Part shown: in pieces, positions 48,934-61,118 of the stretch
Layout of the letters: each line of letters starts with the position of its first letter
How positions within the stretch are numbered: the stretch's first letter is position 1
NCBI GenBank assembly: GCA_964372495.1
Contig: CAYJQU010000002.1
Location: forward strand, 25,040 to 89,039
DNA from: an uncultured Gammaproteobacteria bacterium
Lineage (GTDB): Bacteria > Patescibacteriota > Microgenomatia > JAUYPR01
Reading direction: 5' to 3'
Length of the DNA stretch: 64,000 nt
Program-made: the position numbers and the translations under genes
The notes under the pieces: generated by a model
What the model saw: only the letters and a program-made list of their open reading frames with translations
What the model was told of the DNA's origin: nothing
Databases searched by the model: none

Positions 48934-49379
48934 CGCCTCGTCAGTACCGCGCCTCCTGCTTGCTCAAGTTTCTGTTGAGCGCTCCTGGTCACTGGTACAG
49001 ACACTGTATAGACGGCAGCGACATTTCCCACGCCGGAGAGCTTTACCCCACTGCGACGCATAGTGGTCACATCGACTATACCATGCACCACCAGACTGTC
49101 CATTGTAACCTCTCCCGCCGGATGCTTGGCTAATCGATCCAATGAGATAAGGAGAGGTTTTTGGCTAACTGCTCGATTGCCTATACCGCGAAGATACGGA
49201 AGGCGCTTGAGCAGTCGGTTGCGACGCCCGCCGCCTCCTGCAAAGTAGGATGGAACGTTTTCGTGGGCCTTTTGACCCTTCGTACCACGCCCCGCTGTTT
49301 TTCCCTTGCCTGAAGCTATGCCACGACCCAGACGTTTGGCTTTCCGTTCGACTATTTTTGGAAGACGAGAAAGATTCAT
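48930..49379 (-). CDS. rplO: 50S ribosomal protein L15
   Basis: L15 Gly/Arg-rich N-terminus [21 protein letters not shown]. Confidence 0.9.
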   Translation of the reverse strand: MNLSRLPKIVERKAKRLGRGIASGKGKTAGRGTKGQKAHENVPSYFAGGGGRRNRLLKRLPYLRGIGNRAVSQKPLLISLDRLAKHPAGEVTMDSLVVHGIVDVTTMRRSGVKLSGVGNVAAVYTVSVPVTRSAQQKLEQAGGAVLTRR

Positions 49380-49831
49380 CGTGAACGCTCCCGTAAGAGT
49401 GCGAGTGCTTCCATCGTAGCATGTACATTAGAGGCTTTATTGGTCGTGCCGAGGCGCTTGCTCACGATATCCTTGATCCCCGCAGCCTCAACCACCGCGC
49501 GCACCGCACCACCTGATATAACGCCAGTCCCTGTGGGTGCTGGCTTAAGGAGCACCTTGGCCGCGCCACGTTTCACCATCACTTCATGAGGAATGGTTGT
49601 CTTATACAATGGTACCGAAAGCAAATGCTTTTTTGCATACGCCACGGCCTTGCGCACCGCGCTCTGAACATCTGGCGCGTTGCCCTTGCCTACTCCTACT
49701 TTACCTTTTTGGTCTCCCACTACCGCTAACACCGAAAACCTCATTCGGTTGCCTCCCTTGGTCTTTTTGGAAACGCGCTTCACGGTAACGATAGTTTCTA
49801 CAAAAGTCGTAGGTTCTATTGTATTCATCAA
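49376..49831 (-). CDS. rpsE: 30S ribosomal protein S5
   Basis: S5 double-stranded-RNA-binding and C-terminal domains. It abuts rplO directly, with no rpmD between them. Confidence 0.9.
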   Translation of the reverse strand: MMNTIEPTTFVETIVTVKRVSKKTKGGNRMRFSVLAVVGDQKGKVGVGKGNAPDVQSAVRKAVAYAKKHLLSVPLYKTTIPHEVMVKRGAAKVLLKPAPTGTGVISGGAVRAVVEAAGIKDIVSKRLGTTNKASNVHATMEALALLRERSR

Positions 49832-50175
49832 AACTGAAGTCCTCCCTCACGAGCGCCGAGGGCAAGTGAGGCTACGCGTCCATGAAATCGATAGCCGCCC
49901 CGATCAAATACGACCCGGGCGATACCAGCATCCCGTGCGCGCCTGGCCAGCAGCACCCCAGCTTCATGCGCCTTTTGGCTCTTGGAGCCAGTGGCCAGCT
50001 CTTTCGTAGTGACGGCGACGAGGGTTTTGCCCTGGGTGTCATCGATGACCTGCGCGTATACATGCTTTGCCGAGCGGAAGACTGACAGCCGTGGTCGGTC
50101 AGATACCCCCCGCACTGTTTTACGGACCCGCTTTTGTCGTCGTATTCGAGTCTGCCAAGTATTTTGTGTTTTCAT
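49828..50175 (-). CDS. rplR: 50S ribosomal protein L18
   Basis: L18 sequence [18 protein letters not shown]. Confidence 0.9.
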   Translation of the reverse strand: MKTQNTWQTRIRRQKRVRKTVRGVSDRPRLSVFRSAKHVYAQVIDDTQGKTLVAVTTKELATGSKSQKAHEAGVLLARRARDAGIARVVFDRGGYRFHGRVASLALGAREGGLQF

Positions 50176-50177
50176 AG

Positions 50178-50729
50178 CTACTTTCCTTGCTCGCTTACTT
50201 TGCCCACCTTACCTGCCTTTCGGCGCACCCGTTCACCTACGTACCGAATTCCTTTTCCCTTATAGGGTTCAGGGGGCTTGACCGCACGAATATTTGCTGC
50301 CACCTGCCCGACGAGTGCTTTATCAATACCAGTTATTACTATCTTCCCATCACGTATGCTCAATGCGATGCCTGCCGGCGCCTTCACGGTTACCGGATGA
50401 GAGTACCCGACGGTCATGTGCAGATCCGTACCCTGCATGCTCGCCCGGTAGCCTACGCCGCTCATCTCCAGTTCTTTCTGCCACCCATGGATCACCCCGT
50501 GCACCATATTGGCAATGAGTGTGCGCGTGAGCCCGTGAATTGCTTTGCTTACCCTATTTTCCTCTTTCCGTTCGACCCTAATCACGCCATTTTCAGTATG
50601 TACGACGACCGTTCTATGGATCGGCTGCGAGAGTACTCCCTTGGGACCACGCACCGTTACCGTATCACCTTCCAGCGCGACCGTCACTTCCTCAGGTACT
50701 GTAATTGGTTGTCTACCAACTCTACTCAT
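50178..50729 (-). CDS. rplF: 50S ribosomal protein L6
   Basis: [17 protein letters not shown] matches the L6 N-terminus. Confidence 0.9.
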   Translation of the reverse strand: MSRVGRQPITVPEEVTVALEGDTVTVRGPKGVLSQPIHRTVVVHTENGVIRVERKEENRVSKAIHGLTRTLIANMVHGVIHGWQKELEMSGVGYRASMQGTDLHMTVGYSHPVTVKAPAGIALSIRDGKIVITGIDKALVGQVAANIRAVKPPEPYKGKGIRYVGERVRRKAGKVGKVSEQGK

Positions 50730-50731
50730 GC

Positions 50732-51112
50732 TTACCACACGTAGGCAACTACCTCGCCGCCTACACCCTCCTTTTTGCATTCGCGATCAGACAAGACTCC
50801 TTTTGGCGTCGTAAGGATAGCCCTACCCAAACCTCCCAAAACCTTCGGTAATGAGCGGCTACCCGTGTATACCCGCAGCCCTGGCTTCGAAACACGCTTG
50901 AGACCACGCACTGCAGGTACTTTCTCGCGGTAAGCAAGGGTTAGCGTGAGTGCACGCTCCTTCTTCTCGACCTTCTTGACATAGCCATGGCGAGAAAGAC
51001 AGCGCGCCACTTCCTCCTTCAACCGAGAGGCCGGCATGTGTACTTTCTCCCTACCTACTGCGTAGGCATTGGTTATACGAGCAAACATATCAGCGACTGG
51101 ATCAGTATTCAT
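50732..51112 (-). CDS. rpsH: 30S ribosomal protein S8
   Basis: DPVADMFARITNA matches the S8 N-terminus. Confidence 0.9.
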   Translation of the reverse strand: MNTDPVADMFARITNAYAVGREKVHMPASRLKEEVARCLSRHGYVKKVEKKERALTLTLAYREKVPAVRGLKRVSKPGLRVYTGSRSLPKVLGGLGRAILTTPKGVLSDRECKKEGVGGEVVAYVW

Positions 51113-51116
51113 CGTT

Positions 51117-51302
51117 TCACCAACTTGCTTTGTATACTCCTGGCAACTCGCCACGATGGGCAAGCTCCCGGAAACATAATCTGCATAATCCAAACTTACG
51201 CAAGTACCCCCTGGGTCTGCCGCAGAGCATGCACCGATTATGTGCCTGCACCCGATATTTAGGTTCCTTGGCTGCCTTTACCATGTTGGATTTCTTTGCC
51301 AT
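51117..51302 (-). CDS. rpsN: 30S ribosomal protein S14 type Z (zinc-binding)
   Basis: 61 aa with CxxC...CxxC. Confidence 0.9.
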   Translation of the reverse strand: MAKKSNMVKAAKEPKYRVQAHNRCMLCGRPRGYLRKFGLCRLCFRELAHRGELPGVYKASW

Positions 51303-51788
51303 TTACTGTGCTCCCTCTTTTCTAAACGGCATGCCTAACTCCTCAAGGAGAGTATGCGTCTCTTTGGCCGTCTTGGCCGTCGTTACCACGGTTATCCCTA
51401 ACCCTCGCAGCGCATCCACTTGCGCCAAATCAACCTCTGGGAAAATGGTGCACTCTCGGATGCCAAGATGTAAGTTGCCGCGTGCATCAAAGGCGGGGGC
51501 CACCCCGCGAAAGTCACGCACTCGTGGGAGAGCCACATGTATTAGCCTGCCAAGAAAATCCCGCATGCGTTTACCACGCAATGTCACCTTTACCCCAATC
51601 GCGTCACCCTCGCGCAGTTTAAAGCCGGCGATCGCTTTTCGTGCTCTGGTTACCATCGGCCTCTGACCAGTAATATGCTCAAGCTGCTCGCGGGCAACCT
51701 CCAGGGCTTTGGGATTGCTCGCTGCCTCACCGACTCCTGCGTTCACGACGACTTTAACGATCTTATTCACGCAATCACCTCTTTGCAC
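51303..51788 (-). CDS. rplE: 50S ribosomal protein L5 (N-terminally short)
   Basis: VNAGVGEA...L5 core. About 18 aa shorter at the N-terminus than typical. Confidence 0.85.
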   Translation of the reverse strand: MQRGDCVNKIVKVVVNAGVGEAASNPKALEVAREQLEHITGQRPMVTRARKAIAGFKLREGDAIGVKVTLRGKRMRDFLGRLIHVALPRVRDFRGVAPAFDARGNLHLGIRECTIFPEVDLAQVDALRGLGITVVTTAKTAKETHTLLEELGMPFRKEGAQ

Positions 51789-52090
51789 TTATGACAGACG
51801 CGCACCTTTTTGTCTTTGAGGCTAAATCCCACGCGCGTTGGCTTCTTACATCTGACGCACACGATTGCAACATTCCCAAAAGGAAGTGGGCGCGGGAATT
51901 CGATAATACCTCCCTGTGTTTGCCCGCCTTGCTGCGAGGCAGACCCACGAGGCTTCGTGTGACGCTTATAGAGCCCCACACCCGAAACCAACACGCCGCG
52001 ACCAGGAAGGACGCGCTCGATGCGGCCAGTCTTACCCCTATCTTTACCAGCAGTCACGAGTATCTCATCACCTTTTTTAAATTTCACCAT
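51767..52090 (-). CDS. rplX: 50S ribosomal protein L24 (with CxxC-x14-CxxC near C-terminus)
   Basis: KOW motif [19 protein letters not shown]. Cysteines occur at CVRCKK...CHKCK. Confidence 0.9.
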   Translation of the reverse strand: MVKFKKGDEILVTAGKDRGKTGRIERVLPGRGVLVSGVGLYKRHTKPRGSASQQGGQTQGGIIEFPRPLPFGNVAIVCVRCKKPTRVGFSLKDKKVRVCHKCKEVIA

Positions 52091-52459
52091 TTACCATACC
52101 TCTGGGGCAAGCGAAATGATCTTATGAAATCCCCGCTCGCGAAGCTCACGTGCGATAGGTCCGAAAACGCGGGTGCCGCGCGGATTGCCGTCTTTGTCGA
52201 TAATAACCGCGGCATTGTCATCAAACCGAATATATGACCCATCAAGGCGACGACGCTCCTTGTGCGTGCGCACCAGCACCGCTTTGACGATCTCATGATC
52301 CTTCACTGCCGACTCAGGAGCTGCCCCCTTTACCACGGCGGTAACCACGTCGCCTACACTTCCAAAACGACGTCTACTGCCTCCCACGACTTGAATCACC
52401 AAGAGCCTTCGTGCTCCAGTGTTGTCAGCAACATTCAGGATGGTGCGATGTTGTACCAT
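52091..52459 (-). CDS. rplN: 50S ribosomal protein L14
   Basis: [17 protein letters not shown] matches L14. Confidence 0.9.
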   Translation of the reverse strand: MVQHRTILNVADNTGARRLLVIQVVGGSRRRFGSVGDVVTAVVKGAAPESAVKDHEIVKAVLVRTHKERRRLDGSYIRFDDNAAVIIDKDGNPRGTRVFGPIARELRERGFHKIISLAPEVW

Positions 52460-52463
52460 AGTG

Positions 52464-52718
52464 CTACTCAGAAAGTATCTGTGTTACCACAAACGTTTTA
52501 CGCTTTGAAAATGGCCTGGATTGGGCAATGGCTACCCGCGCGCCCATTGTGGCTCCCAGCTCATCATGCGCGAGCACCTTCGAGTACCGACGCAGGCGCT
52601 TGTGGTACAGCGGATGCTCCCAAGTACGCGTAATGCGCACGGCGACAGTCTTCGGCGTCTTTGCAGATACTACCGTACCGGTCAGTTTGTTTGGCTTAGT
52701 TTTCAGACGTTTCTCCAT
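52464..52718 (-). CDS. rpsQ: 30S ribosomal protein S17
   Basis: [19 protein letters not shown] matches the S17 OB fold. Confidence 0.9.
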   Translation of the reverse strand: MEKRLKTKPNKLTGTVVSAKTPKTVAVRITRTWEHPLYHKRLRRYSKVLAHDELGATMGARVAIAQSRPFSKRKTFVVTQILSE

Positions 52719-52914
52719 GTGTCTCCTTTGCAGTATGTAGCGTATACAGCCTGGCCAGGTCGCGCCTGAGCTGCCGTACTGCATGCACGTTTTTCAGTTT
52801 CCCCGCAGCTTTCTCAAGCTGAAGTGCACTGATCCTTTGGTGCATAGCTTTAATCTGGGCGGCAAGCTCGGTGGCCGACTTTTTACCCAGTTGCTGCCAT
52901 TCTGCTTTTTTCAT
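52696..52914 (-). CDS. rpmC: 50S ribosomal protein L29
   Basis: 72-aa helical protein whose sequence and position match L29. Confidence 0.85.
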   Translation of the reverse strand: MKKAEWQQLGKKSATELAAQIKAMHQRISALQLEKAAGKLKNVHAVRQLRRDLARLYTLHTAKETHGETSEN

Positions 52915-53327
52915 ACCGTCTCAACCTTACTTACAAAGCTCGTTGCGACCGGCAACTTATGTCCTGCCAAACGCATCGCCTCACGAGCGGTTTCTTTTGT
53001 AACTGCTCCCATTTCAAACAAAATGGTTCCCTTTCGCACGACCGCGACATATCCTGCCACCTCGCCTTTCCCGCTCCCCATACTTGTCTCGGCAGGTTTC
53101 TTGGTAATAGGCTTATCGGGAAAAACACGAATCCAGATACGTCCACCTCGCTGCGTATAGTGAGTCATAGCACGCCTGGCAGCTTCGATTTGACGCGAGG
53201 TAACCCACCCAGAAGAAAGTGCACGCAGACCAAAACGGCCAAACGCCAGCTTAATAGTGCGCGTGGCTACACCCCCGATAACACCGCGAAACTGTTTTCT
53301 ATGCTTGGTGCGTGTCGGTTGTAGCAT
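52911..53327 (-). CDS. rplP: 50S ribosomal protein L16
   Basis: [15 protein letters not shown] matches L16. Confidence 0.9.
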   Translation of the reverse strand: MLQPTRTKHRKQFRGVIGGVATRTIKLAFGRFGLRALSSGWVTSRQIEAARRAMTHYTQRGGRIWIRVFPDKPITKKPAETSMGSGKGEVAGYVAVVRKGTILFEMGAVTKETAREAMRLAGHKLPVATSFVSKVETV

Positions 53328-53962
53328 TAGCTCACACTCCTACAAACCCATACTTTTATTCCGATGACCCCCGATTTGGTGCAAACATCCACTTTGGCAA
53401 AATCAATATCGCTGCGCAGGGTATGTAGCGGTATGGTACCTTCCTGTCTTTTTTCAACCCGTGCAATCTCCGCACCACCGATTCTGCCAGCAAGTATGAT
53501 TCGTGCCCCTTTCGCCCCTGATCTCATCGCGCGATCAATCACTTGATTCATCACCCGACGGCTTGGCATTCGCTTGAGCAACTGATCGGATGCGAACTGA
53601 GCAAGCAGATACGCGGATAGGTCTGCTTTTTCAACTTGCTGTACTTTCAAATTGACCATCTTTGGATCCTTGAGGTTGAGTGTCTCTATGATAAACTTCT
53701 TCAGTTCCTCAAGTCCGGTCCCGCCGCGACCAATCACTAACCCTGCTCGAGCTACCCACACGGTTACGTCAATCCGTTTGATCGAGCGCTCAATATCGAC
53801 TCGCGTGATGCTGGCAGGTTTCAGCTTTGCAAACAGACTGCGGCGTAATCGAATGTCCTCAAGGAGGACCTTTTTATATTCTTTATCGCTTGCAAACCAT
53901 CGCGATGTCCAGTCATAGAGGATACCTAGTCGCAACCCTGTCGGGTGTACCTTCTGCCCCAT
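53327..53962 (-). CDS. rpsC: 30S ribosomal protein S3
   Basis: [13 protein letters not shown] and KH domain match S3. Confidence 0.9.
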   Translation of the reverse strand: MGQKVHPTGLRLGILYDWTSRWFASDKEYKKVLLEDIRLRRSLFAKLKPASITRVDIERSIKRIDVTVWVARAGLVIGRGGTGLEELKKFIIETLNLKDPKMVNLKVQQVEKADLSAYLLAQFASDQLLKRMPSRRVMNQVIDRAMRSGAKGARIILAGRIGGAEIARVEKRQEGTIPLHTLRSDIDFAKVDVCTKSGVIGIKVWVCRSVS

Positions 53963-54294
53963 CAGTCTACCTCCAGCACCACGCGAATGTGGCTCGTGCG
54001 CTTGACAACCGGATGAGCAGTCCCACGACTCACTGGCCGAAATCGTTTAAGTCGCATGCCGTCGTTGATAATAATATTTTTGATACGCACAGGGCCCGTA
54101 CGTCCAAATGTATTGCGCGCATCCGCAAGCGCGGTCTTTATCGTTTTGTATATCGGTTCAGCTGCCGCCTTGGGTAACGCAGCAAGCACATGGAGCGCTT
54201 CTTCGGGATCACCAATCCGCTTCACCTGCATGGCAACCAGCCGTACTTTACGGGCCGGCATCGGTACAAAGTTTCGCTGTGAAACAATTTCCAT
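53962..54294 (-). CDS. rplV: 50S ribosomal protein L22
   Basis: L22 sequence ARKVRLVAMQVKR. Confidence 0.9.
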   Translation of the reverse strand: MEIVSQRNFVPMPARKVRLVAMQVKRIGDPEEALHVLAALPKAAAEPIYKTIKTALADARNTFGRTGPVRIKNIIINDGMRLKRFRPVSRGTAHPVVKRTSHIRVVLEVD

Positions 54295-54578
54295 TAGGTC
54301 AACCTCGTCGCTTTCTCGGTAATCTTGCCGTGACCGTGAAACGTACGAGTTGGCGCAAACTCACCGAGTCGGTGCCCAACCATGGTTTCAGTGACAAACA
54401 CACTGATAAAATGCTTTCCGTTGTGTACCAAAAACGTAGCACCCACAAACTCAGGAGGGATTTGACAATTACGCGCCCAGGTTTTTATTGGTTCACGCTT
54501 ACCTTCTTCTTTTTGCTTTAGCATCTTACCCATCAGCTTCTGATCAACGTACGGTCCTTTTTTCATGCTCCGACTCAC
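54294..54578 (-). CDS. rpsS: 30S ribosomal protein S19
   Basis: [12 protein letters not shown] matches S19. Confidence 0.9.
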   Translation of the reverse strand: MSRSMKKGPYVDQKLMGKMLKQKEEGKREPIKTWARNCQIPPEFVGATFLVHNGKHFISVFVTETMVGHRLGEFAPTRTFHGHGKITEKATRLT

Positions 54579-55336
54579 CGTGACTTCCTCCGTGCTACTA
54601 TGAATCGATCCGAGTACTTGCGCTTTGCACGTGTTTTCTTCCCCAGTGTTTTCTTACCCCATGGCGACTTCGGACTCGGCATACCAATACCGGAGCGACC
54701 CTCGCCGCCCCCATGTGGATGATCACGCGGAGACATGGCAACGCCACGCACCGAAGGACGTATCCCCATAAGACGCTTCCGGCCTGCTTTCCCGATTACT
54801 CGGTGCTGCCAATCCGCATTACCTAACTGGCCAATACTTGCAAATGAAGCGTCTGGGATCCGGCGCACCTCTCCCGATGGCAGTTTTACGTTTGCAAAAC
54901 CGCCCTCCTTGGAAAGGACGACAGCGGCGGTGCCAGCAGAACGGATAAGTTGCCCACCCTTTCCAGGTATGAGCTCGATGTTGTGAATAAGCGTGCCCAC
55001 CGGTACCTTTTTCAACGGCAGCGCGTTTCCTGGCACCACATCTACCTGCTCGCCAGCTGTAACGGTGCTGCCAACGTCGATTCCTTGGGGGGCTAGAATA
55101 TAGCGTTTTTCACCATCAGGATAATGCAGGAGCGCAATGCGCACTGTCCGGTTTGGATCGTACTCGATGGCCACTATTTTTCCAGGCAAGTCGTGCTTGT
55201 CTCGCTTAAAGTCAATCACTCGGTAGTACCGCTTTTGGCGTCCCCCTTGATGTCGCACCGTAATGGACCCATGTGACCGGCCGCTCATCTTAGGCAAAAT
55301 TTCCATAAGACGCTGTTCTCTCCGGCGCGCTATCAT
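54575..55336 (-). CDS. rplB: 50S ribosomal protein L2
   Basis: L2 C-terminal [17 protein letters not shown] and RNA-binding core. Confidence 0.9.
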   Translation of the reverse strand: MIARRREQRLMEILPKMSGRSHGSITVRHQGGRQKRYYRVIDFKRDKHDLPGKIVAIEYDPNRTVRIALLHYPDGEKRYILAPQGIDVGSTVTAGEQVDVVPGNALPLKKVPVGTLIHNIELIPGKGGQLIRSAGTAAVVLSKEGGFANVKLPSGEVRRIPDASFASIGQLGNADWQHRVIGKAGRKRLMGIRPSVRGVAMSPRDHPHGGGEGRSGIGMPSPKSPWGKKTLGKKTRAKRKYSDRFIVARRKSR

Positions 55337-55644
55337 GAGGGTTTCTCCTTCGTCGCCTGGAGCGTAAATAGATCAATACTTTGTCCCTCTTTCACCGTTA
55401 CTATCGCCTTTTTCCAACTCGACAGACTTTGTAACATGCGTCTGCGTCCTATGCGGCGCCGCTTTCCGGGAACCGTAATAGTCCGTACGTTTATGGCATC
55501 TACCGAAAAAAGCTCTTTGACCGCTTGACGTATTGCGGGCTTGTCAGCCTGTACATCAACCGCAAAGGTGTAGCGATTTTTTGCAATCTCCTTCATGCTC
55601 TTCTCTGTTATGACCGGCCGTTTTAATATGCTACTGCCCTGCAT
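55333..55644 (-). CDS. rplW: 50S ribosomal protein L23
   Basis: [11 protein letters not shown] matches L23. Confidence 0.85.
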   Translation of the reverse strand: MQGSSILKRPVITEKSMKEIAKNRYTFAVDVQADKPAIRQAVKELFSVDAINVRTITVPGKRRRIGRRRMLQSLSSWKKAIVTVKEGQSIDLFTLQATKEKPS

Positions 55645-56314
55645 GGCCCACCTTCTCTGGCGTCCAAATCTGTTGTAGCTTTTCGACAGCCTCCTTCGTA
55701 AAAATAAGGTTGTCATAGCTGAGGACTTGGTAAGTGTTCAGCTGCGCCGGGAGTACTACGGCTGTTTCTGGTATATTGCGCATACCGCGTACAACGGTGT
55801 CACTTTTCTCTGGTAGTATCACTAGCTTAGTTAGTCCTTTCAGCGGAAGTGACTCGAGCGCTTTTGCAAAGAGCTTCGTTTTTGGCTCAAGCTCAGAAAG
55901 GCCAGTCATCACTACAATCGACTGATCCTGCCATTTACTGGTGAAGGCCGACAATAGTGCTGCCCGCCGCATTTTCTTCGGCAGTTTCCTGCTCAGATCT
56001 CGCACTACGGGACCAAACACAACGCCACCGCCAACCCGTTGAGGTGCACGTCGAGAACCGGCACGGGCGCGGCCGGTTCCTTTCTGGCGGTATAGCTTTA
56101 CCGTGCTCCCTGCCACCTCACCGCGCGTTTTCGTTTTGGCAGTGCCTTGATGGTGGTTGGCACGGTACACCTGGATAGCCTGCACCATAAGACTACGATG
56201 CACTGGATGCGCAAAGACAGATGCCGGAAGTTCCATAGTTTCTACAACCTTCCCTCCTATGTCGTACACATTTGCGGTAAGGCTTTTGCTGTTCTTATCT
56301 GGTGACGGTTTCAC
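55631..56314 (-). CDS. rplD: 50S ribosomal protein L4
   Basis: L4 core [12 protein letters not shown]. Confidence 0.9.
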   Translation of the reverse strand: MKPSPDKNSKSLTANVYDIGGKVVETMELPASVFAHPVHRSLMVQAIQVYRANHHQGTAKTKTRGEVAGSTVKLYRQKGTGRARAGSRRAPQRVGGGVVFGPVVRDLSRKLPKKMRRAALLSAFTSKWQDQSIVVMTGLSELEPKTKLFAKALESLPLKGLTKLVILPEKSDTVVRGMRNIPETAVVLPAQLNTYQVLSYDNLIFTKEAVEKLQQIWTPEKVGHAGQ

Positions 56315-57057
56315 TTTCCTAGCTCTCCATTTTTCTCGTCCTTCTGAGGTTTTTCTGAAGTTTCGACTTCCGCCGGAGCGGAGAGGGCTTCCTCTTCCGG
56401 TTTCTCCTCAGGCGGTGGTTGGTAGGCTTTCACTCTCCCCATGACCATCATGGTAACAAGGCTGCCGGTGTAGCCAGGAATGGGTCCCTTGACATACACC
56501 ACGTTACGTTCCCGATCTACGTCCATTACCTCCAAATTGACAACGCTTGCCTGCACGTTGCCCATGTGCCCTGCCATGTGCTTGCCTTTGTAGACTCGAC
56601 CAGGAGTGGTTGTTTGCCCAATAGAACCGGGAGCACGCAGTCGATCAGACTGCCCATGCGTCTTGGGGCCACCGGCAAACCCCCATCGTTTTACAACCCC
56701 GGCAAAGCCTTTGCCCTTGGAAATACCGGTCACTTTGACGAGTAATCCTTTATGAAAAACCTTCGACGCGGGAATGACAGTGCCGGGAGTTATTGTGTCT
56801 TCAGGAGAAATGGAGGCCTCGGAAATAAAGCGGGGAATCTGTGGAGCGATTTTCTTAAATTGGCCAACTATTGGTTTCTTCACATGCTTGCGGCGGCCTA
56901 TGCCCAGCTGCACCGCACTATAGCCATGCTGCTCCGGGGTACGGCGCCCGAGTACCAGGTTGGGCTCAACCACGACAGCCGTAACCGGTACCCGCCGACC
57001 GCGGTCATCATACCGGTGCGACATTTCTCCTTTTTGGCCCAATAACGTTGCTACCAT
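56311..57057 (-). CDS. rplC: 50S ribosomal protein L3 (with acidic C-terminal extension)
   Basis: MVATLLGQKGEMS matches the L3 N-terminus. The ATG is at 57057. Confidence 0.9.
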   Translation of the reverse strand: MVATLLGQKGEMSHRYDDRGRRVPVTAVVVEPNLVLGRRTPEQHGYSAVQLGIGRRKHVKKPIVGQFKKIAPQIPRFISEASISPEDTITPGTVIPASKVFHKGLLVKVTGISKGKGFAGVVKRWGFAGGPKTHGQSDRLRAPGSIGQTTTPGRVYKGKHMAGHMGNVQASVVNLEVMDVDRERNVVYVKGPIPGYTGSLVTMMVMGRVKAYQPPPEEKPEEEALSAPAEVETSEKPQKDEKNGELGK

Positions 57058-57472
57058 AGTTCCTAAACAACAAAAGAAGCAGGGCACCTTTACATCTTCC
57101 CCCGATGTCCCTCGGGGGTCTTCAGGTTGCCCTACTCTTGCTTTCAGATTCTCCTATGAAAAATCCGTAAGCTAGACTAAAAGAAGTATACCATGACTCC
57201 AGATACGATTTCAAGGGAGCTACTCGACGATCACTCCCGCTACTACAACGGTACTGACACCACGAGTACGCATGAAGCTATAGTCGCATACCAGAGATAG
57301 CTTGCCAACCACGATCAGGCAACTGAACTAGGTTCAATGTTTCAAAAGATTGAAGTTTGTTCACTCACCTAGGCTCAGGAGTATTTTTCTCGAATCCCTC
57401 CAGATCAAGACCGTCGATGAGGTCCCTGAGCACACCACCACATTGATCTTCCCGCTCCAATATATGCGTCTC

Positions 57473-57781
57473 TTACATCTTCAGTTCGACGTTAACTGAG
57501 GCGGGGAGTTCCAAGTGCATGAGGGAGTCTATGGTTTTCTGCGTTGGTTCTACAATATCAATGAAACGCTTATGAGTGCGGATCTCGAAGTGCTCACGGG
57601 CATCTTTATCCGTATGGGGTGAAGTAAGTACCGTAAATCGCTCAATTTTCGTTGGCAACGGCACCGGACCAACAACCTTTGCTCCGGTACGCAAGGCAGT
57701 CTCTAGAATGTCCCGACACGCCTGGTCAAGTACCCGGCTGTCAAAACTTTTTAATTTGACCCGAATTCTGCCCTTAGCCAT
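57473..57781 (-). CDS. rpsJ: 30S ribosomal protein S10
   Basis: [14 protein letters not shown] matches S10. Confidence 0.9.
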   Translation of the reverse strand: MAKGRIRVKLKSFDSRVLDQACRDILETALRTGAKVVGPVPLPTKIERFTVLTSPHTDKDAREHFEIRTHKRFIDIVEPTQKTIDSLMHLELPASVNVELKM

Positions 57782-57805
57782 CTGTTAAAGAACGGGGGAG
57801 TGTCG

Positions 57806-58984
57806 TTAGGAAACAATAGTACTAACGACCCCTGCACCAACCGTATGACCGCCTTCCCGAACCGCAAACCGAAGCCCTTCATCTAGCGCCACCGGCGCGA
57901 TAAGCTTCACGGCCATCTCGGTGTTATCACCAGGCATAACCATCTCGGTACCCTCCGGCAGTGTTACCTCGCCTGTCACATCAGTGGTGCGAAGGTAAAA
58001 CTGTGGTCGATACCCAGAGAAGAAGGGGGTATGACGTCCGCCTTCCTCCTTGGCAAGTACATACACCTGTGCTTTAAACTCCGTGTGCGGCTTTATGGTA
58101 CCGGGTTTTGCAAGTACTTGGCCCCGCTCAACATCACCCTTTTCAACACCGCGCAGCAGTACTCCAACATTGTCACCTGCCTGACCCTGTTCCAGCTGCT
58201 TGCGGAACATTTCAACACCAGTGACCACTGTCGACTTGGTAGGTCGAATACCAACGATCTCTACCGTATCGTTGACCTTGACCACGCCGCGCTCGACACG
58301 GCCGGTAACCACAGTACCTCGTCCTTTGATTGAGAACACATCCTCAATCGCCATGATGAATGGCTTATCGAGGTCCCGCTGGGGCTCGGGGATATATTCA
58401 TCCACTTTAGTCATGAGTTCCTCGATCGCCTTGACAGCTTCCGCATCCCCCTCCAAAGCTTTCAATGCAGAACCGCGCACCACGGGGATATCATCACCTG
58501 GAAACTGGTACTTGGTGAGGAGCTCCCGAACTTCCATCTCAACGAGATCCAGGAGCTCTGGATCATCGACCATGTCCACTTTATTCATAAACACGACCAT
58601 AGCCGGTACCCCAACCTGCCGCGCCAGCAAGATATGCTCACGCGTCTGCGGCATGGGTCCATCGGGTGCAGACACAACCAAGATCGCCCCGTCCATCTGG
58701 GCTGCACCGGTAATCATGTTTTTGATGTAATCAGCGTGTCCTGGCGCGTCGATGTGTGCATAGTGACGCTTGGCTGTTTCATACTCAACGTGGGTAATGT
58801 TGATCGTGATCCCACGCGCCTTCTCTTCCGGAGCATTATCAATTTGGTCATACGCTTTAAACTCGGCCTGACCCTTTTGGGACAGCACTTTTGTGATCGC
58901 TGCCGTTAACGTAGTCTTGCCATGGTCGACGTGACCAATGGTTCCGATGTTAACGTGCGGTTTAGTTCGTTGAAATACTGCCAT
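57806..58984 (-). CDS. tuf: Elongation factor Tu
   Basis: [17 protein letters not shown] and NKVD G-motifs. Confidence 0.95.
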   Translation of the reverse strand: MAVFQRTKPHVNIGTIGHVDHGKTTLTAAITKVLSQKGQAEFKAYDQIDNAPEEKARGITINITHVEYETAKRHYAHIDAPGHADYIKNMITGAAQMDGAILVVSAPDGPMPQTREHILLARQVGVPAMVVFMNKVDMVDDPELLDLVEMEVRELLTKYQFPGDDIPVVRGSALKALEGDAEAVKAIEELMTKVDEYIPEPQRDLDKPFIMAIEDVFSIKGRGTVVTGRVERGVVKVNDTVEIVGIRPTKSTVVTGVEMFRKQLEQGQAGDNVGVLLRGVEKGDVERGQVLAKPGTIKPHTEFKAQVYVLAKEEGGRHTPFFSGYRPQFYLRTTDVTGEVTLPEGTEMVMPGDNTEMAVKLIAPVALDEGLRFAVREGGHTVGAGVVSTIVS

Positions 58985-59012
58985 ATAAGTTAACTCCTTT
59001 CAAGTTATACTA

Positions 59013-61103
59013 TTATGTGCCTTTTGCTTTCGCAATAATAGCTTCTGCAATGTTTGCTGGCACCTCTTGGTAATGGGAAGGCTCCATATAGTAACCTGCC
59101 CTCCCTTGGGTCATACTCCTCAACTCTGTTGCATATCCAGGTAACTCCGCCAGCGGTCCTTCTGACATAATAACCACGGCATTCGCCCGCTTCTCGGTAC
59201 CCAAAATCTGGGCTCGCTTGCTTGATAAATTACCGATCACTTCACCCATAAACTCTTCAGGAGTCGTCACTTCAAGTTTCATGATCGGTTCCAAAAGTAC
59301 CGGTTCGGCGTGCCGCGTGGCCTGCTCAAGTGCCATAGACCCGGCGATTTTAAACGCAATCTCCGACGAATCCACCTCGTGATACGTACCATCATACACC
59401 ACAACTTTCATATCCACGAGTGGATACCCCGCTACAACCCCTGCCTCCATCCGCTCCCTGACACCTTTCTCTATGGCCGGGATAAACTCCCGCGGAATTG
59501 CTCCGCCGACCACTTCTGACACCCACTGGTAGCCTTCACCCCGGGCACGTGGCTCAACCCGGAGGAAACAATGCCCATACTGCCCCCGTCCGCCAGATTG
59601 ACGAATATATTTCCCCTCACCTATGGCTGCGTGCTTGATCGTTTCTTTGTACGCCACCTGCGGCTTCCCCACATTTGCACCAACGCGGAATTCGCTCCTT
59701 AAACGGTCAACGAGCACCTCAAGCTGTAGTTCTCCCATACCTGAAATAATGGTCTGTCCTGTCTCGTGGTCAATCTTTACCCGAAACGTGGGATCTTCCT
59801 CAGAAAGTCTACCAAGCGCATAGCCCATCTTCTCCTGGTCAGCTTTTGTCTTTGGCTCTATGGCAAGCGATATTACCGGATCAGAGAATGTAATACCTTC
59901 CAACACAATAGGTGCTTGTTCAGAAGCCAAGGTATCTCCGGTACCGGTCTTTTCCAATCCAATAACTGCCACGATCTCGCCTGCAAACGCCTCGGGTACT
60001 TCCTCGCGCTGATTGGCGTGCATAAGGACCACACGACCTACTCGCTCCTTCTCGCCCTTAGTTGCGTTGAGCACATATGACCCACTTTTTAAGGTACCAG
60101 AATAGATCCGCACATAGGTTAACTTTCCCACATGCGGATCCACTTGAATTTTAAACGCCAAGCCTGAAAATGGCGCCGACGGATCGGCTTTGCGTATTTC
60201 CTGGACCTGACTTTTTGGATTGTATCCAGAGACTTCAGGAATGTCAAGCGGGGACGGCAAAAAGTCTACGATAGCGTCCAGTAATGGCTGCACTGCCTTG
60301 TTGCGTAGACTTGAGCCAGCCAGCACTGGCACAATCTTATACTCAATCACCGCTCGCCGGAGTGCGACCTTCAGTTCGTCGACTGTAAGTTCCTGGCCAT
60401 TTAAGTACTTCTCAAGGATTGTATCATCGGTCTCAGCTATTTTTTCGACCAGCACGCGGCGAGCCTGCGTACACTGCTCACGTACATCCTCTGGAATTTC
60501 TTCCTTCCGGTATGTGGCACCGGTCTCATCTCCCTCCCAAATCAGCGCTGCCATGGTCAGCAGGTCCGCTACACCCCGGAAGGTCTGTTCCTTCCCTATG
60601 GGAATATTGTACGGTACTGCGTTGGCGCCCAGACGGTCTCGCACCGTTTGCACTGTGTGCTCAAAATCAGCGCCCAGCTTATCCATCTTATTGACAAAGC
60701 AGATGCGGGGAACCTTATACTTATCAGCTTGACGCCATACGGTTTCCGACTGGGACTGCACTCCCTCCTCTGCATCCAGCACAGTCACTCCACCATCCAA
60801 CACGCGCAGCGACCGCTCAACCTCTGCCGTAAAGTCCACATGACCCGGCGTGTCAATAAGGTTCAATCGAACATCTTTCCAGAAAGTTGTCGTCGCGGCA
60901 GACACGATCGTAATCCCCCGGGCCCGCTCTTGCTCCATCCAGTCAGTGACGGTCGTTCCTTCGTCGATATCGCCTAACTTATAGGTCCGGCCAGTGTAAA
61001 ACAGGATACGTTCAGTCGTAGTAGTTTTGCCCGCGTCAATATGCGCAATGATGCCAAAATTGCGAATCTTATCTAGAGGATATAAACGCGATGGAATCAC
61101 CAT
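59013..61103 (-). CDS. fusA: Elongation factor G
   Basis: AHIDAGKTT and DTPGHVDF G-domain and EF-G domains II-V. Confidence 0.95.
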   Translation of the reverse strand: MVIPSRLYPLDKIRNFGIIAHIDAGKTTTTERILFYTGRTYKLGDIDEGTTVTDWMEQERARGITIVSAATTTFWKDVRLNLIDTPGHVDFTAEVERSLRVLDGGVTVLDAEEGVQSQSETVWRQADKYKVPRICFVNKMDKLGADFEHTVQTVRDRLGANAVPYNIPIGKEQTFRGVADLLTMAALIWEGDETGATYRKEEIPEDVREQCTQARRVLVEKIAETDDTILEKYLNGQELTVDELKVALRRAVIEYKIVPVLAGSSLRNKAVQPLLDAIVDFLPSPLDIPEVSGYNPKSQVQEIRKADPSAPFSGLAFKIQVDPHVGKLTYVRIYSGTLKSGSYVLNATKGEKERVGRVVLMHANQREEVPEAFAGEIVAVIGLEKTGTGDTLASEQAPIVLEGITFSDPVISLAIEPKTKADQEKMGYALGRLSEEDPTFRVKIDHETGQTIISGMGELQLEVLVDRLRSEFRVGANVGKPQVAYKETIKHAAIGEGKYIRQSGGRGQYGHCFLRVEPRARGEGYQWVSEVVGGAIPREFIPAIEKGVRERMEAGVVAGYPLVDMKVVVYDGTYHEVDSSEIAFKIAGSMALEQATRHAEPVLLEPIMKLEVTTPEEFMGEVIGNLSSKRAQILGTEKRANAVVIMSEGPLAELPGYATELRSMTQGRAGYYMEPSHYQEVPANIAEAIIAKAKGT

Positions 61104-61118
61104 AATCGTATTTTACGG

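Noticed and set aside
41548-57045. Dozens of 60-180-aa ORFs on the plus strand across the ribosomal super-operon (for example 42029..42505, 50187..50744, 52959..53324)
   Set aside because: All are antisense to highly conserved ribosomal genes. High-GC antisense frames are expected to be open, and none has recognisable motifs or start signals.
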